Positions 37,206 through 49,004 of a stretch of DNA of 64,000 nucleotides are shown here, piece by piece. Within the stretch, counting starts at the first letter, position 1. Each line of letters starts with the position of its first letter. Position numbers and translations under genes: made by a program. The notes beneath the pieces were generated by a model, which made no database searches, was not told the DNA's origin, and saw only the letters and a list, made by a program, of their open reading frames with translations. Where the stretch lies: positions 787,710 through 851,709 of the forward strand of contig JAKAGM010000001.1 of assembly GCA_021815445.1 (NCBI GenBank), read 5' to 3'. Source of the stretch: a bacterium. GTDB taxonomy: Bacteria; Patescibacteriota; Patescibacteriia; UBA10025.

Positions 37206-37907
37206 CTACCAGCCCTTCACTTCAAGCGCTTTCTCGGCGGCGCGGACCTGCGCCTCCTGCTTTGACGTGCCTTCGCCCTCGGCGACCAGCTCTTCACCGA
37301 TGTAAATGCCGATGCGAAACTTGCGGGCGTGGTCGGGACCCGACTCGTGGAGGACCCTGTATGAAGGGGTGACGCCCGTGCGATCCTGCGAGGCCTCCTG
37401 GAAACGGCTCTTGGGATCCTGGTCGAGATGGTTTTCGAGAATACCTTTGAGATGATGGACAAGGTGTTTGACGAGGAAATCCCTTGCTACATCCCAGCCC
37501 AAATCAAGGTATATGGACCCGATAAGCGCTTCAAAGGCATCAGCGAGGATGAACATGCGCGCCTTGCTTTTCTTTTCTTTTTGCTCGCCGCGGCTTAGAT
37601 ACAGATAATGATCCAAGTCGAGCGTCCGCGCAATCTCCGCGAGCATCTTGGCATTGACGAGGCTCGCGCGCCAGTTAGTGAGATCGCCCTCGGGATTCGG
37701 GTACTGCTGGAAAAGGTATTCGGTCACTACCAGCTCGAGGACGGCATCACCGAGGAATTCGAGGCGCTCGTTGTTGTCGAGGCCGAACTTCGGGTGCTCA
37801 TTGAGGTACGATCGGTGAACCAAAGCCTGCCGCAACAGGTCTTTGTTGTTGAAGGTAAGACCGAGTTTTTCCTCCAGATGATCGAAATCCTTTTGGGAAG
37901 ATATCAT
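37206..37907 (-). CDS. rnc: Ribonuclease III
   Basis: ERLEFLGDAVLELVVTEYLF signature plus a C-terminal dsRBD. Confidence 0.9.
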   Translation of the reverse strand: MISSQKDFDHLEEKLGLTFNNKDLLRQALVHRSYLNEHPKFGLDNNERLEFLGDAVLELVVTEYLFQQYPNPEGDLTNWRASLVNAKMLAEIARTLDLDHYLYLSRGEQKEKKSKARMFILADAFEALIGSIYLDLGWDVARDFLVKHLVHHLKGILENHLDQDPKSRFQEASQDRTGVTPSYRVLHESGPDHARKFRIGIYIGEELVAEGEGTSKQEAQVRAAEKALEVKGW

Positions 37908-37940
37908 AATGCAGTGTAGCCGTGCGTTATTCGCATCCCG

Positions 37941-38429
37941 CTACTCCTTGCTGGCCGGCGGAGTCGGGTGTTTGCTGCCTTTTTTTTCCTCGGTGATGAG
38001 CACCTCACCGTGATTGATCATCTCCGTGTAAATCGTGCCGAGGACGCCATTGACGAATTTACCCGACGATTCACCGCCGAACGTCTTTGCAAGCTCTATG
38101 GCTTCATTGATGGCCACTTTCGGTGGAATCTCACCGCCCGAGAACCTGAGCTCGAAAATGCCTATGCGCAGGATGTTCCTGTCCACGACAGTAATCTGCT
38201 CCAGAGGCCACTCCGGGGCATACTTCGTTATCAACGCATTGATTTCATCTAAATGATGGATAACGCCTTTGACTATCCTTTCGGCGAATCCGTTGTCATC
38301 AAAATCAGGAGCGAAATCTTTCAAATTTCTCTGGATAAGCTCCTGTGCGGCGTCAGACCCTAATTTATTGAAGTCCCACTCGTAGAGCGACTGCATGGCT
38401 ATCGTACGGGCGAGATGGCGGTTCGACAT
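37941..38429 (-). CDS. nusB: Transcription antitermination factor NusB
   Basis: [13 protein letters not shown]... NusB fold pattern. Confidence 0.8.
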   Translation of the reverse strand: MSNRHLARTIAMQSLYEWDFNKLGSDAAQELIQRNLKDFAPDFDDNGFAERIVKGVIHHLDEINALITKYAPEWPLEQITVVDRNILRIGIFELRFSGGEIPPKVAINEAIELAKTFGGESSGKFVNGVLGTIYTEMINHGEVLITEEKKGSKHPTPPASKE

Positions 38430-38459
38430 ACGTGGGGGAGAAAATGTACGAGCTAGTTC

Positions 38460-38696
38460 CTAACGGTTTTTTGCTTTGTCTTCTTGCTTTTTTTCTTTCT
38501 TTTTCTTCCGTTCTGACTTCGTGTCAAGCAGGAGGACGTCCCTGCCGCGGTAATATCCGCAATGAGAACATACACTGTGCGGGAGCACGGGATGTTTGCA
38601 TTTCGGGCAGAGCGAGAGTGCCTGAGATTTTAACGCAAAATGCGAGGCGCGATCCCGCTTTGATTGTTTTGTCCGGCGTTTTGAGGGGAGACCCAT
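38460..38696 (-). CDS. rpmF: 50S ribosomal protein L32
   Basis: CPKCKHPVLPHSVCSHCGYYRG zinc ribbon; basic. Confidence 0.8.
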   Translation of the reverse strand: MGLPSKRRTKQSKRDRASHFALKSQALSLCPKCKHPVLPHSVCSHCGYYRGRDVLLLDTKSERKKKKEKKQEDKAKNR

Positions 38697-38762
38697 AGGC
38701 TATTAGTATAGGGAAAGTTAAGGGTATTGAGAAGAGTATCGATGATAACACCAACTCGTCAG

Positions 38763-41225
38763 TTACACAAATGTCACATTAGCGACTCGGTCGTCCTTTT
38801 CCGAAAAACGCATCAAGCGGACACCCTGGGTTGCCCGGCCAAGGACAGATACGGATTTGAGAGGCAGGCGGATAACCTGGCCCTTTGCGGAAATAATGAC
38901 CAGATCTTCCTGTTCGCGCTTGGCGTTCACGGTAAATGCGGCCACAATCTTGCCGGTTTTTGGAGTGATTTTCGCGGTCTTGATTCCGGATCCGCCTCTC
39001 CCCTGCACTTTGTACTGCGTCAGGTTTGTCCGTTTTCCGAATCCGTTTTCCATGACAATGAGCAGCTGCTCCCCCTGTTGGCCTTTGCCCGAGGTGATAA
39101 TGTCCATACCGGCTACGAGATCGTCTTTTTTGAGCCGTATGCCGCGGACACCCGAGGCATTCCTCCCCATCGCGCGCACCTGCTTTTCCCTGAACCGGAT
39201 TGACTGGCCGTTGGCGCTTGCCAGAATAATATCGTCATTGCCCGTCGTGGGCTTCACCCATTCAAGGACATCATCCTTCTTTAATTTAATGGCTATAAGT
39301 CCTGATCGCCTGACATTTTGGAAATCTTCAAGTCCCACGCGCTTGATGACGCCGTTGCGCGTGACCATAGCGAGCTGCTTGAATGCCCCAAGCTCCTCGA
39401 AAGACATCAGCGCGGTAATCTTTTCGTCAGGGCCGAGTTGGAGGAAATTCACCATTGCCTGGCCTTTAGCGGTGCGCGATGAAACAGGGACATCATACGC
39501 TTTTAGCTGGAATACCCTGCCCTTAGTGGTAAAGAAAAGCAAATCGGCATGCGTCATCGTGGCAAGGAGCTGTTCGGCCATGTCTTCATCTTTTGTGGCG
39601 AACCCGATAACCCCTTTTCCCCCGCGGCTTTGGCGGCGGAATGTCTCCGGAGGCAGGCGCTTGATGTAGCCCTGGCGGGTAGTCATGATGACGGCGGGCT
39701 CATTGGGAATAAGGTCTTCCTGGGAAAATTCGCCGACAGCGCCTTTGTGTATCTGCGTGCGCCGCTCGTCGCCGTACTTTTGCTTGAGCTCGGCGAGCTC
39801 GGCTTTGATAATGCCCAAAATTCTCAGCTCGCTCTTGAGTATCGCCTGCAGATCTTTGATCAGCTTTTGTTTCTCCTTATACTCCTGCTCCACTTTGAGC
39901 CTTTCGAGGTTGGCAAGTTGTTGCAATTTCATCTCGAGAATAGCAACGGCCTGCCGCTCCGAAAGTTTGAATCGTTTAATGAGGTTTGTCTTTGCCTGAT
40001 CCTTATCCTGCGACTGCTTGATCGTCTTGATCACAGCGTCTATCTTGACCAGCGCTATTCTCAACCCTTCGAGGATATGCGCACGCTCTTTGGCGCGGTC
40101 GAGGTCAAACGTTGTCCTGCGTCTGATGACTTCCTTGCGATGTTTGATGTGTTCCTCGAACACCATTTTGAGCGTGAGCACCCGCGGTTGTATGCCGTCG
40201 ACGAGGGCCAGCATGTTCACGTGGAACGACGTCTGGAGGTTGGTAAGCTGGAAAAGCCTGTTGAGGACTTTCTTGGGATACGCATCCTTGCGTAGCTCGA
40301 TGACAATGCGGACGCCGTCGCGGTCTGATTCATCGCGCAAATCCTTGATGCCGTCAATCTTCTTGTCTTTCACAAGATTGGCGATATTCTCCACGAGCGT
40401 CGCTTTGTTCACCTGATAGGGAATCTGCGAGACAATGATATGGAATGCACCGCTCTTGGTTTCTTGGATGTCGGTTACTGCCCGCATCACTATTGACCCT
40501 TTGCCCGTCGCATATGCGTTGCGGATATCGTCTGTGTTGTAGATAATGCCGCCTGTCGGGAAATCGGGGCCCTGGACGAACTTCATTAAGTCCCCTATAG
40601 AAGCGTCTGAATGGTCAATAAGGTAGGTGATGCCGTCGACGAGCTCAGTAAGGTTGTGAGGGGGAATACTGGTTGCCATGCCCACGGCAATGCCGACGGT
40701 ACCGGTAAGCATCAGGTTGGGAAGCTTGGCGGGCAGCACCTTCGGTTCCTGGTGCGCGCCGTCGTAGTTGGGCATAAAGTCGACGGTATTTTTGTCTATA
40801 TCGGTGAGCATCTCTTCTGCGATGCGGGTGAGCTTGGCTTCTGTATACCGCATGGCCGCCGGGGCATCACCATCCATCGAGCCGAAATTTCCCTGGCCAT
40901 CCACAAGCCGGTAGCGCATCGAGAATTCCTGGGCTAACCTGACGAGGGCGTCATAGACGGCCACGTCGCCGTGCGGATGGTATTTACCGAGCACTTCGCC
41001 GACAACGGTGGCTGATTTCCTGAACTTTGATGATGCACGTAAACCAATTCCCCACATAGCATAGAGAATGCGGCGATGGACAGGTTTCAGACCGTCCCTG
41101 ACGTCAGGCAGCGCGCGGGAGACGATAACGGACATCGCGTAATCAAGATACGACTCCTCCATCTCATCAACGATCTGGCGGGGCGTAATTATTGACTGGG
41201 GTTTCTTTTGTTCTTCTGCTGGCAT
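38763..41225 (-). CDS. gyrA: DNA gyrase subunit A
   Basis: AAMRYTEA and [26 protein letters not shown]. The catalytic Tyr lies in the AAMRYTEA motif. C-terminal beta-pinwheel repeats. Confidence 0.95.
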   Translation of the reverse strand: MPAEEQKKPQSIITPRQIVDEMEESYLDYAMSVIVSRALPDVRDGLKPVHRRILYAMWGIGLRASSKFRKSATVVGEVLGKYHPHGDVAVYDALVRLAQEFSMRYRLVDGQGNFGSMDGDAPAAMRYTEAKLTRIAEEMLTDIDKNTVDFMPNYDGAHQEPKVLPAKLPNLMLTGTVGIAVGMATSIPPHNLTELVDGITYLIDHSDASIGDLMKFVQGPDFPTGGIIYNTDDIRNAYATGKGSIVMRAVTDIQETKSGAFHIIVSQIPYQVNKATLVENIANLVKDKKIDGIKDLRDESDRDGVRIVIELRKDAYPKKVLNRLFQLTNLQTSFHVNMLALVDGIQPRVLTLKMVFEEHIKHRKEVIRRRTTFDLDRAKERAHILEGLRIALVKIDAVIKTIKQSQDKDQAKTNLIKRFKLSERQAVAILEMKLQQLANLERLKVEQEYKEKQKLIKDLQAILKSELRILGIIKAELAELKQKYGDERRTQIHKGAVGEFSQEDLIPNEPAVIMTTRQGYIKRLPPETFRRQSRGGKGVIGFATKDEDMAEQLLATMTHADLLFFTTKGRVFQLKAYDVPVSSRTAKGQAMVNFLQLGPDEKITALMSFEELGAFKQLAMVTRNGVIKRVGLEDFQNVRRSGLIAIKLKKDDVLEWVKPTTGNDDIILASANGQSIRFREKQVRAMGRNASGVRGIRLKKDDLVAGMDIITSGKGQQGEQLLIVMENGFGKRTNLTQYKVQGRGGSGIKTAKITPKTGKIVAAFTVNAKREQEDLVIISAKGQVIRLPLKSVSVLGRATQGVRLMRFSEKDDRVANVTFV

Positions 41226-41234
41226 ACGGTAATG

Positions 41235-41705
41235 TTATTTCACCGGAGTGGTAAAAACGTTATTTTCTATCTGGCGGATGTATTCGTCAGATTGCGTATT
41301 AGTCGCTGACGGAACTTTTGAGAAGATACCCGAAAATCCCTTTACAGAATTGATTGCCGCATGGATTCGATCACCGATGCCCTGAAAACCCGTCCGATGA
41401 GATGAGGAAGTATATTGCGTCGGGTTGACCCCGAACCAGATCAGAATGAGAACTATAGTGATGCCGGTAACGCTCAGCCACATAATCATCCGCTTCCGCT
41501 GTTCGGTCGATGGCGTCAATGGACTATCGGCGCGTTTTGGCTCATTGACCTCGGGCGCAGATAATTTTTCCGGCACATATTCGGAGCGCTGTTCCTGATG
41601 AATGGCGACCGGTACGGGTTTGGCGGCATTTTCCTTTTTTTTCGCCGGACGTTGTCTGCTACCCCGTATCTTGCGGTTCAATTTTTGCGTTTCACTTTGC
41701 GGCAC
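41235..41705 (-). CDS. Hypothetical membrane-anchored protein
   Basis: Basic N-terminus, one TM (MIMWLSVTGITIVLILIWF). Confidence 0.4.
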   Translation of the reverse strand: MPQSETQKLNRKIRGSRQRPAKKKENAAKPVPVAIHQEQRSEYVPEKLSAPEVNEPKRADSPLTPSTEQRKRMIMWLSVTGITIVLILIWFGVNPTQYTSSSHRTGFQGIGDRIHAAINSVKGFSGIFSKVPSATNTQSDEYIRQIENNVFTTPVK

Positions 41706-41717
41706 ACGTGCGGCGCG

Positions 41718-42359
41718 TTATGGTTTTAGAAAGATAATTCGTGTTTCTTCTTGCGGTACTTCTTTTGAAGTGATACGGAGTTTGTCCATTGTTTCGGCCT
41801 TAGCCCCCATCTCGCGCCTGAATTTCTCACCGTCATCCAATTTCTTTCCCAACTTCAATCCGGGAATCTGGTAATGCATGGGAATAACAATTCGCGGTTC
41901 GATCTGGCTGATAACTTTCGAAGCTCCTTTGGCGTCGATAGTGTAAATGTCTCCGACGGGAATCATTAGGATATCGACATCTTCAAGCTTTTCAAGCTGT
42001 TCCTGAGTCAGCTCAGACGTGCCGAGATCTGCGAGATGCGCGATGGTCAGTCCTTCATACTCTATGGAGTACATGGTCACCATGCCGCGGTCAGCGCCAT
42101 GGCTGGAGTCATGGTATCCCTGCACGCCATATATGAAAATATTTCGTACTTCGTACTCTCCGGGTCCGTCGATAATAAAAGGGGAACCGGCAATAGCGCT
42201 TCGATTCGCATGATCATAGTGATCGTGGGTAATCAGCAGAAGATCGGCGGAAAGCTTCGGCAGTTTGAGCCCGATAGACGTATCGAACGGGTCGATGACT
42301 ATAGTCGAGTCTTTCCCTTGGATTCTAAAACAGGCTTGTCCAAGCCAGGTGATAATCAT
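41718..42359 (-). CDS. MBL-fold metallo-hydrolase
   Basis: LLITHDHYDH motif. Confidence 0.75.
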   Translation of the reverse strand: MIITWLGQACFRIQGKDSTIVIDPFDTSIGLKLPKLSADLLLITHDHYDHANRSAIAGSPFIIDGPGEYEVRNIFIYGVQGYHDSSHGADRGMVTMYSIEYEGLTIAHLADLGTSELTQEQLEKLEDVDILMIPVGDIYTIDAKGASKVISQIEPRIVIPMHYQIPGLKLGKKLDDGEKFRREMGAKAETMDKLRITSKEVPQEETRIIFLKP

Positions 42360-42509
42360 GGGCTTAAAAAATAATAAATTCTTTCACACTCGAAGTGTAG
42401 CAAAAAAAAACGAAGAAGTACAGTCCCCGAGGGGTCAAAAAAATGGCTGCTATTAGCCAAGAAAAAGGGTGTGCACCCTCTGGGGATAGATAGGACAACC
42501 CTCCGCGGA

Positions 42510-43649
42510 TTAGAGGGGCAAATCTACGGCCTCCGAAGCGGAAGGAATTTGTACTTCATGCGCGGTAGAGGCCCTGCTTTTTGAATTGGTAAAGAAATTG
42601 TCTACTTGCCAGCTGACCTTTTCTTCCATCTCAAACGTATGGAAAACATTCTCACGTATATCAGCAAGGAGTAAAATGCTGTTTGCCGGTATCACTAAAA
42701 GGTTTACCCGCACATGAGCCTGCGAATGTTCATGGGTAAGCGTCCCGTAAAAGATGTATTGGATGTCCAACTCTTTGGCGATTTTCTTTGCAAATTCGGG
42801 AGTAATGATTCTGCCGCCTGTCCAGCCGGATTGCTGGAGCGCTCTGAGCGTTTGTACGCGCGGGTAAGGAACTACGGCCGGTACCCGGACGAGGGTTCTT
42901 CGCACCGTTTCTTCTAATTTCACCCCGAGAATATCGAGCTCCCGCATCTGTGACATGTTATGGAATGGGAGAACGGCTGCATTCCACTTTCGCTGTGCCG
43001 AGCTCCGAGTTCCCGCTGGCTGGATCGTCGGGCTGGAATGGTCACTCTTCATTGTACGCGCCAAAGCCGACGCAGAAATGCCGGCGGCACCCATTTGGGC
43101 TATTTGCGGCGGGCGATAATTTTTCGCAGTGTTCTGTTGGGGCTGTTGGCGCGCCTGATCTTTGCGGACATTTTCCATGCGTATCTGGTCCGCCTGTTCC
43201 CGCTGTCGCAGTATCTCCCGTCCGTGTTGTATGCGCTGCTGGCGCGCGACTTCCTCTTTGCTCGGGCCTTTGGGCGCCTCGGCGGCAATTTCTTCCTTGG
43301 CTCCCGTTGTATACGCTTTGGTAACTCCAATCTTGCTTACATTTCCCTGCGGTCCCACTCCCTTAATCCCGATCTTCCGGGAAAACAGACTGAGTTTCAT
43401 TTTGTCGCTTTCGGCAATTTTTTTTGCCGCCGTGCTGATCAGCTGCTTGGCCTTTGACTGGGTGATATGGCTCGACCCGGGACGGTAGGTAAGCGAACGA
43501 AGCTCTTTATCGCTTCGGAGGAACTTCTTAAACGCAGTTTGCGTGACGGTCTTCCCTGTCTGGGTGGAGGCAAGCTTCCGTGCAACATCGCGCACCGTAT
43601 CTACTTTGATTTTTGGTTTATAAATGGGTGCCGCCATACTTTTGTACAT
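42510..43649 (-). CDS. Hypothetical protein (Q/R-rich central region)
   Basis: Longest ORF in this interval. The antisense ORFs are shorter. Confidence 0.35.
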   Translation of the reverse strand: MYKSMAAPIYKPKIKVDTVRDVARKLASTQTGKTVTQTAFKKFLRSDKELRSLTYRPGSSHITQSKAKQLISTAAKKIAESDKMKLSLFSRKIGIKGVGPQGNVSKIGVTKAYTTGAKEEIAAEAPKGPSKEEVARQQRIQHGREILRQREQADQIRMENVRKDQARQQPQQNTAKNYRPPQIAQMGAAGISASALARTMKSDHSSPTIQPAGTRSSAQRKWNAAVLPFHNMSQMRELDILGVKLEETVRRTLVRVPAVVPYPRVQTLRALQQSGWTGGRIITPEFAKKIAKELDIQYIFYGTLTHEHSQAHVRVNLLVIPANSILLLADIRENVFHTFEMEEKVSWQVDNFFTNSKSRASTAHEVQIPSASEAVDLPL

Positions 43650-43875
43650 GTATTATACTGACTTTTTTCATTTCTGTCAATAAATCTGAGGCCGCCTCTT
43701 GCCAAATTTCCGCCATTGCGCTAATCTTTTTACACCAAGTAAATAATTTAATACGTCTTTTCTCTTCGCTTAAAGCGGTTTCCTGGGGGAAATCGCACGC
43801 GATAAGGGAAAGGGGCTCATCATTCTCAATACGATTTTCAAGATTTTTTATGGGAATGTGGGTTAATAGATTTTT

Positions 43876-45093
43876 TTGTTAGTTGAAAAACATATGAAAA
43901 AGACCGTGGCAAAAAAAGAGCAGGCCGGAGTCATGGACTCCCTTCTCGCCAGCGACCAACAGCCGAGCCTGCCAAAAGTTGACGACGTAGTCCAGGGAAC
44001 AATAGTCAGCGTCTCAAAAAATGAGGCATACCTCGACATCAAAGGACTCATGATGGGCGTCATACGGGGCAGAGAACTCTTTGATGAATCGGGCAACACG
44101 TCGTCATTGAAAGTCGGCGATACGGCCCAGGCGACAGTCCTCGAACTTGAGAATGAACAGGGAATTCTTGAACTCTCATTCAGGCAAGCGGGCCATCAGA
44201 AGGCCTGGGGCGATCTCGAAGACCTTATGAAAAAAGGCACTATCATCGACGTCCCTGTTATTAATGCGAATAAAGGAGGATTGATGGTGAGCGTCGGCCG
44301 GGTCGAGGGTTTCCTTCCGGTATCCCAGCTGACAGTAGAACACTACCCCCGAGTAGAGGGCGGCGATAAAACCAGAATTCTTGAACTGCTCTCCAAGTTT
44401 ATCGGCACACCGCTCAAGGCAAAGATTATCGACATCAACGAGGAGGAGGACAAACTTATCGTGTCAGAAAAAGCCGCGTGGGAAGAGGAGCAGCGCGACG
44501 TCCTCGCCCAATATCATGTCGGAGACATCGTGGAAGGCAAGGTAACCGGTGTCGTTGATTTTGGAGCATTTGTGGAATTCGGCAAACATCTCGAAGGCCT
44601 CGTCCATATATCCGAGCTCGCGTGGCAGCGTATTGACGATCCCCGTGACATCATCAAAGTAGGAAACGAAGTTCGCGCGAAAATCATCGGCATCGAAGGA
44701 TCGAAAATTTCTCTCTCGCTCAAAGCGCTGGTTCAGGATCCGTGGAAAGAGGCAGTTCGCCGTTATTCTATAGGGCAAAAAGTGTCAGGAAGGGTGCTCA
44801 AAGTGAACCCATTCGGGCTTTTTGTTGAGCTCGACCAGGATATTCACGGGTTGGCGCACATTTCTGAGCTCTCAGAAAAACACATCCACAGTCCTTCGGA
44901 AGTGGCAAAAGCGGGTGATACCGTGGAATTTAAAATAATCTCTATCGAGCCGGAGAACCACAGGCTCGGCCTGTCTATCAAAGCTTTAACGGAATCCGAG
45001 AAACCCGCGGAGTCCGCGGCTGAAGAGATCCCGGCCAATGCCGTCGAACAGGAGCAAGAAACGGCCAGCGGAGACAACCAACTGAAAGAATAG
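43876..45093 (+). CDS. rpsA: 30S ribosomal protein S1 (four S1 domains)
   Basis: Repeated S1 OB-fold motifs (GxVxG..xxGaFVxl..gxeGLvHiSEl). Confidence 0.85.
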   Translation: MLVEKHMKKTVAKKEQAGVMDSLLASDQQPSLPKVDDVVQGTIVSVSKNEAYLDIKGLMMGVIRGRELFDESGNTSSLKVGDTAQATVLELENEQGILELSFRQAGHQKAWGDLEDLMKKGTIIDVPVINANKGGLMVSVGRVEGFLPVSQLTVEHYPRVEGGDKTRILELLSKFIGTPLKAKIIDINEEEDKLIVSEKAAWEEEQRDVLAQYHVGDIVEGKVTGVVDFGAFVEFGKHLEGLVHISELAWQRIDDPRDIIKVGNEVRAKIIGIEGSKISLSLKALVQDPWKEAVRRYSIGQKVSGRVLKVNPFGLFVELDQDIHGLAHISELSEKHIHSPSEVAKAGDTVEFKIISIEPENHRLGLSIKALTESEKPAESAAEEIPANAVEQEQETASGDNQLKE

Positions 45094-45161
45094 CGACTTG
45101 CATATTTCCCCGTTTTTAGGGATACTATAACCGCGAGCATGCTCATCATTCACCTACTTTT

Positions 45162-46988
45162 ATGCGGTCGCTAACAAAAAATTTACTCGCCTTCTTCCTG
45201 GTGATCGTCCTCATCATGGTTGTCTTCAGTTTGTTTTCCTCTTCGCTCAAGAAACCTCAGGTCGTGGGCATAGATGTGCTCGTCGACAAGCTTACGACCA
45301 AAGAAGTGCAAAAGATTGAGGTACAGGGTGACAAAGTGACCTTTACCGCAAAGAGCGGGGATGTATTCCAGGCGCAGAAAGAACCAACGGATTCGCTCAG
45401 TACCCTACTCAAAAACTACGGCGTGGATCCGGAGCTCTACAAACACGTCCCCCTGACAATCAAGGACACTTCGGGCGCGGCATTTTGGCTGGGGTCCATT
45501 TTGCCTTTCGCAATCCCCTTCCTCCTGTTCGCCGGATTCCTGTGGTTTATGATGAGGCAGGCCCAAGGCGCAAACTCGCGCGCCATGTCGTTCGGCCAAA
45601 GCCAGGCGAGAGAAATCAGGGCTGAAGAGCGGAAGAAACGCATCACATTCCGCGACGTCGCAGGAGTCAGAGAGGCGAAACAGGAGCTTCTTGAAGTTGT
45701 AGAATTCTTAAAAGAGCCGAAAAAGTTCCTCGCGCTCGGCGCGCAGATTCCAAAGGGCGTGCTCCTCATCGGACCGCCGGGCACCGGCAAAACATTGCTG
45801 GCGCGCGCTGTCGCCGGCGAGGCCAATGTCCCTTTCTTTCACATTTCCGGTTCCGAGTTCGTCGAAATGTTCGTCGGCGTCGGAGCCGCGCGGGTCCGGG
45901 ATCTCTTTAAACGGGCGAAACGGTCTGCGCCGTGCATAGTTTTTATGGATGAAATAGACGCGGTAGGCAGGCAGCGCGGCGCGGGTCTCGGTGGATCGCA
46001 TGACGAACGGGAACAGACGTTGAACCAGATACTCGTGGAAATGGACGGCTTCGACACGAATACGAACGTCATCGTCATAGCGGCGACAAACAGGCCCGAC
46101 GTCCTCGACCCGGCCCTCTTGCGCCCCGGACGTTTCGACAGACGGGTCATTCTCGATGTGCCCGATATAGCCGACAGAGAAGCTATCCTGAAAGTTCATT
46201 CGGTGAATAAACCGCTCGCGGCCGACGTGAACCTGCGTACTCTGGCTCAGCGGACTCCCGGATTCACCGGTGCTGACCTCGCAAACTTGTTTAACGAAGC
46301 CGCCATCCTCGCAGCGCGGAATAATCAAAAGAAAGTGACGATGGCCGAATGCCTTGAGAGCATAGAAAAGGTTCTCCTCGGCCCCGAGCGCAAAAGCCAC
46401 GTCCTCTCCAAACGGGAAAAGGAAATTACCGCATACCATGAGGCTGGACACGCGCTTGTCGCACACGAGCTGCCGAATACAGATCCCGTGCGCAAGGTGT
46501 CTATCGTCTCCCGCGGGAGAGCGGGCGGATATACGCTCAAACTCCCCTCGGAGGACAAACATTTGCATACTCGCGCAGAGTTTCTCGACGACATTGCCAT
46601 GATGCTCGCCGGACGCGCGGCTGAGAAAGAAGTTTTTAAAGATGTCACGACGGGCGCTCAAAACGATCTCAAAGAAGCGACTCAGCTGGCGCGCCAGATA
46701 GTCACCGAATACGGAATGAGCGAAAAACTCGGACCCCGTACCTTCGGCCAGAGAGAGGAAATGGTGTTCCTCGGACGCGAAATCCACGAGCGAAGGGATT
46801 ACAGCGAAAAGGTGGCGCAGATGATCGATCAGGAGGTATCAGACATTATTCATAAGGGATATGCCACCGCGCGGGAAATCATCGTCAAGATGCGGCCTAT
46901 GCTGGAAAAAATAGTCAAACAGCTGCTCGAAAAAGAAACGCTCGAGCAGGCTCAATTCGAGGCGCTTTTTAAAGCAACATCAGCATAA
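45162..46988 (+). CDS. ftsH: ATP-dependent zinc metalloprotease FtsH
   Basis: N-terminal [37 protein letters not shown] zinc site. Confidence 0.95.
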   Translation: MRSLTKNLLAFFLVIVLIMVVFSLFSSSLKKPQVVGIDVLVDKLTTKEVQKIEVQGDKVTFTAKSGDVFQAQKEPTDSLSTLLKNYGVDPELYKHVPLTIKDTSGAAFWLGSILPFAIPFLLFAGFLWFMMRQAQGANSRAMSFGQSQAREIRAEERKKRITFRDVAGVREAKQELLEVVEFLKEPKKFLALGAQIPKGVLLIGPPGTGKTLLARAVAGEANVPFFHISGSEFVEMFVGVGAARVRDLFKRAKRSAPCIVFMDEIDAVGRQRGAGLGGSHDEREQTLNQILVEMDGFDTNTNVIVIAATNRPDVLDPALLRPGRFDRRVILDVPDIADREAILKVHSVNKPLAADVNLRTLAQRTPGFTGADLANLFNEAAILAARNNQKKVTMAECLESIEKVLLGPERKSHVLSKREKEITAYHEAGHALVAHELPNTDPVRKVSIVSRGRAGGYTLKLPSEDKHLHTRAEFLDDIAMMLAGRAAEKEVFKDVTTGAQNDLKEATQLARQIVTEYGMSEKLGPRTFGQREEMVFLGREIHERRDYSEKVAQMIDQEVSDIIHKGYATAREIIVKMRPMLEKIVKQLLEKETLEQAQFEALFKATSA

Positions 46989-47011
46989 TTTTTTTAACCA
47001 AGGAGGATAAT

Positions 47012-48022
47012 ATGACAGGAACACTTTTCCGCGATATCATCCGCCAGTCATGGCAGATCATGTGGCGGCACAAATACCTTTGGCTCTTTGGATTTTTCGC
47101 AGCACTGATGGGCAATGGCGGGGAGATGCAGGTACTGTTAAATAATATTATCAATGTTGGAGAGTCCCCGGCTACCCTGCTCAGCCTGCGCAATTTGTAC
47201 GGCTCCGGTCTTCTGGGAGTTATCTTTATCAACTTCGTGGATTTCCTGCATAGATCGCCGCTTGAAGCGCTGCTCTTTTTATTGGTCTTTATCGCGACGG
47301 GCATTGTCGTCATCTGGCTTATTGTCACTTCCCAGGGGGCGCTCTATGACGGGATTAACAGGATAGTGACCAATAAAAAAGCTGACATGGCCCAAGGATA
47401 CCGCGCAGGATCGCATTACTTCGGCCGGGTACTCTCACTCACTATTCTTTCCGCCGTCTGTACCTACGGGGTCCTGTTTATCCTGAGCCTTCCCATTATC
47501 GTCATACTGCTGATCAAAAGTTCTCAGACAGGAGTGTTGCTGTATCTTCTGTTCGGCTTCTTAATCCTCGTGCCTTTGGGGCTGATCATCGCCATGGTAG
47601 CGAAGTATGCAGTGTTATATGTCGTAACCTATGACCAGAAACTCTGGCAATCAATCAATTCCGGCTGGCGGCTGTTGAAACGGAATCTCCTCATCTCCAT
47701 CGAGACGTCGATTGTAGTATTCATCCTTGGTCTCGTGGGAGCATTCGCACTGGTGATAGCATTGATTTTCCTGAGTGTTCCCTTTATTTTGCTTGGATTC
47801 CTTACGCTTGTATTCAACACGTCCGCAGGATTCATGTTCATCATCATCCTCGGTCTGGTTGTTCTCGGAATAACCGTCGGTGTGTACGGAGCCATGTTCT
47901 CAGCTTTCCGCTATAGCGTATGGACATTACTTTTCCTCCGGCTTATAGAAAATAAGGGGGAAAGCAAAATTCTCAGGATGGTCGGCCAGGCAGCGCAGTA
48001 CTTCGGCAAGAAACCGGCGTAA
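47012..48022 (+). CDS. Polytopic membrane protein (hypothetical, about 6 TM)
   Basis: Hydrophobic periodicity. It follows ftsH after a 23-nt gap with an AAGGAGG RBS. Confidence 0.5.
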   Translation: MTGTLFRDIIRQSWQIMWRHKYLWLFGFFAALMGNGGEMQVLLNNIINVGESPATLLSLRNLYGSGLLGVIFINFVDFLHRSPLEALLFLLVFIATGIVVIWLIVTSQGALYDGINRIVTNKKADMAQGYRAGSHYFGRVLSLTILSAVCTYGVLFILSLPIIVILLIKSSQTGVLLYLLFGFLILVPLGLIIAMVAKYAVLYVVTYDQKLWQSINSGWRLLKRNLLISIETSIVVFILGLVGAFALVIALIFLSVPFILLGFLTLVFNTSAGFMFIIILGLVVLGITVGVYGAMFSAFRYSVWTLLFLRLIENKGESKILRMVGQAAQYFGKKPA

Positions 48023-48059
48023 CACAATAAAAGCCAAAAATCTTTTGATGTGGAGCCAG

Positions 48060-48136
48060 TGGTGGGCGGTACAAGACTCGAACTTGTGACCTCCACAATG
48101 TCAATGTGGCGCTCTAACCAACTGAGCTAACCGCCC
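48060..48136 (-). tRNA. tRNA-Val(GAC) with CCA
   Basis: Revcomp GGGCGGTTAGCTCAGTTGGTTAGAGCGCCACATTGACATTGTGGAGGTCACAAGTTCGAGTCTTGTACCGCCCACCA. Confidence 0.85.
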
Positions 48137-48151
48137 ATGAATTGTTTTATT

Positions 48152-48225
48152 TGGGCGCGCTTGGATTTGAACCAAGGACCCCGGACTTATAAGGTCCGTG
48201 CTCTAACCAACTGAGCTACGCGCCC
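48152..48225 (-). tRNA. tRNA-Ile(UAU) (anticodon TAT), discriminator A, no CCA
   Basis: Revcomp GGGCGCGTAGCTCAGTTGGTTAGAGCACGGACCTTATAAGTCCGGGGTCCTTGGTTCAAATCCAAGCGCGCCCA. Anticodon loop CTTATAA. Confidence 0.7.
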
Positions 48226-48275
48226 TCGTTTCTATGAGCACGGCAAGTGCTTAGTATGCAGCAGGTCTCTCCCTA

Positions 48276-49004
48276 TTGTCAACTCTCAACATCTATGTTA
48301 ACTTAGCATATCTTAATCAATGGAGTAAACTGAGAGTAGATATGCCAACACCAGAATACTACACCCCTTCAGTAGACGAGTACCGGGTCGCTGAAGAGAT
48401 AATGACGGAGGAGCAAAAACGCGACAGTGACGAGCGGGTGCGCGCCTTTGCAGAATCCAAACCAAACCGCTTGAATGAGAAAACCGGGACCCTGCTCCAT
48501 CCTATTGCAGAGCAACTCATTGAATTTGAGAATCTCCCGTCTTACGCGGAGCAGCATGGTTTCACGCGGAAACCCGAGTTCCATTTCACCGTTATCAGCA
48601 ATCGCTCCGGAAAGATAGTGAAAGAGAGGCTTGGTCAACTCCCGGATGATGAGCGACGGCAGGCCGTCCAGCGTATTAACGAAGCTGCCCAGAAAGTAGA
48701 TTGGTCCATGAAGTCGGGAGAGCTCCGGCGCGTGATAAAAGACTACGTAGTAACAAATGATAGGGACGATGAAATATCCCGCGAGCGGAGGGAAAGCATC
48801 ATCCAGCTTCTCGACATCCCGGGAATAGCAGAGTTCTACGCCACGCTGAATGAAGTCCTCGGCACCGCCATCGAGCCGCCTCCCGCCCATATTACGCTTT
48901 ACAGCACCAGCTCCGACCCTAAGAATATTTCTCGCGGCATCGGGATAGAGTCCCAAGCCGAGATGGACGGGTTGCACCCTGAGCCGGTGGACCTCAAAAC
49001 ATAA
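48276..49004 (+). CDS. Hypothetical protein
   Basis: 242-aa ORF with no recognisable motif. The start is uncertain. Confidence 0.4.
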   Translation: MSTLNIYVNLAYLNQWSKLRVDMPTPEYYTPSVDEYRVAEEIMTEEQKRDSDERVRAFAESKPNRLNEKTGTLLHPIAEQLIEFENLPSYAEQHGFTRKPEFHFTVISNRSGKIVKERLGQLPDDERRQAVQRINEAAQKVDWSMKSGELRRVIKDYVVTNDRDDEISRERRESIIQLLDIPGIAEFYATLNEVLGTAIEPPPAHITLYSTSSDPKNISRGIGIESQAEMDGLHPEPVDLKT

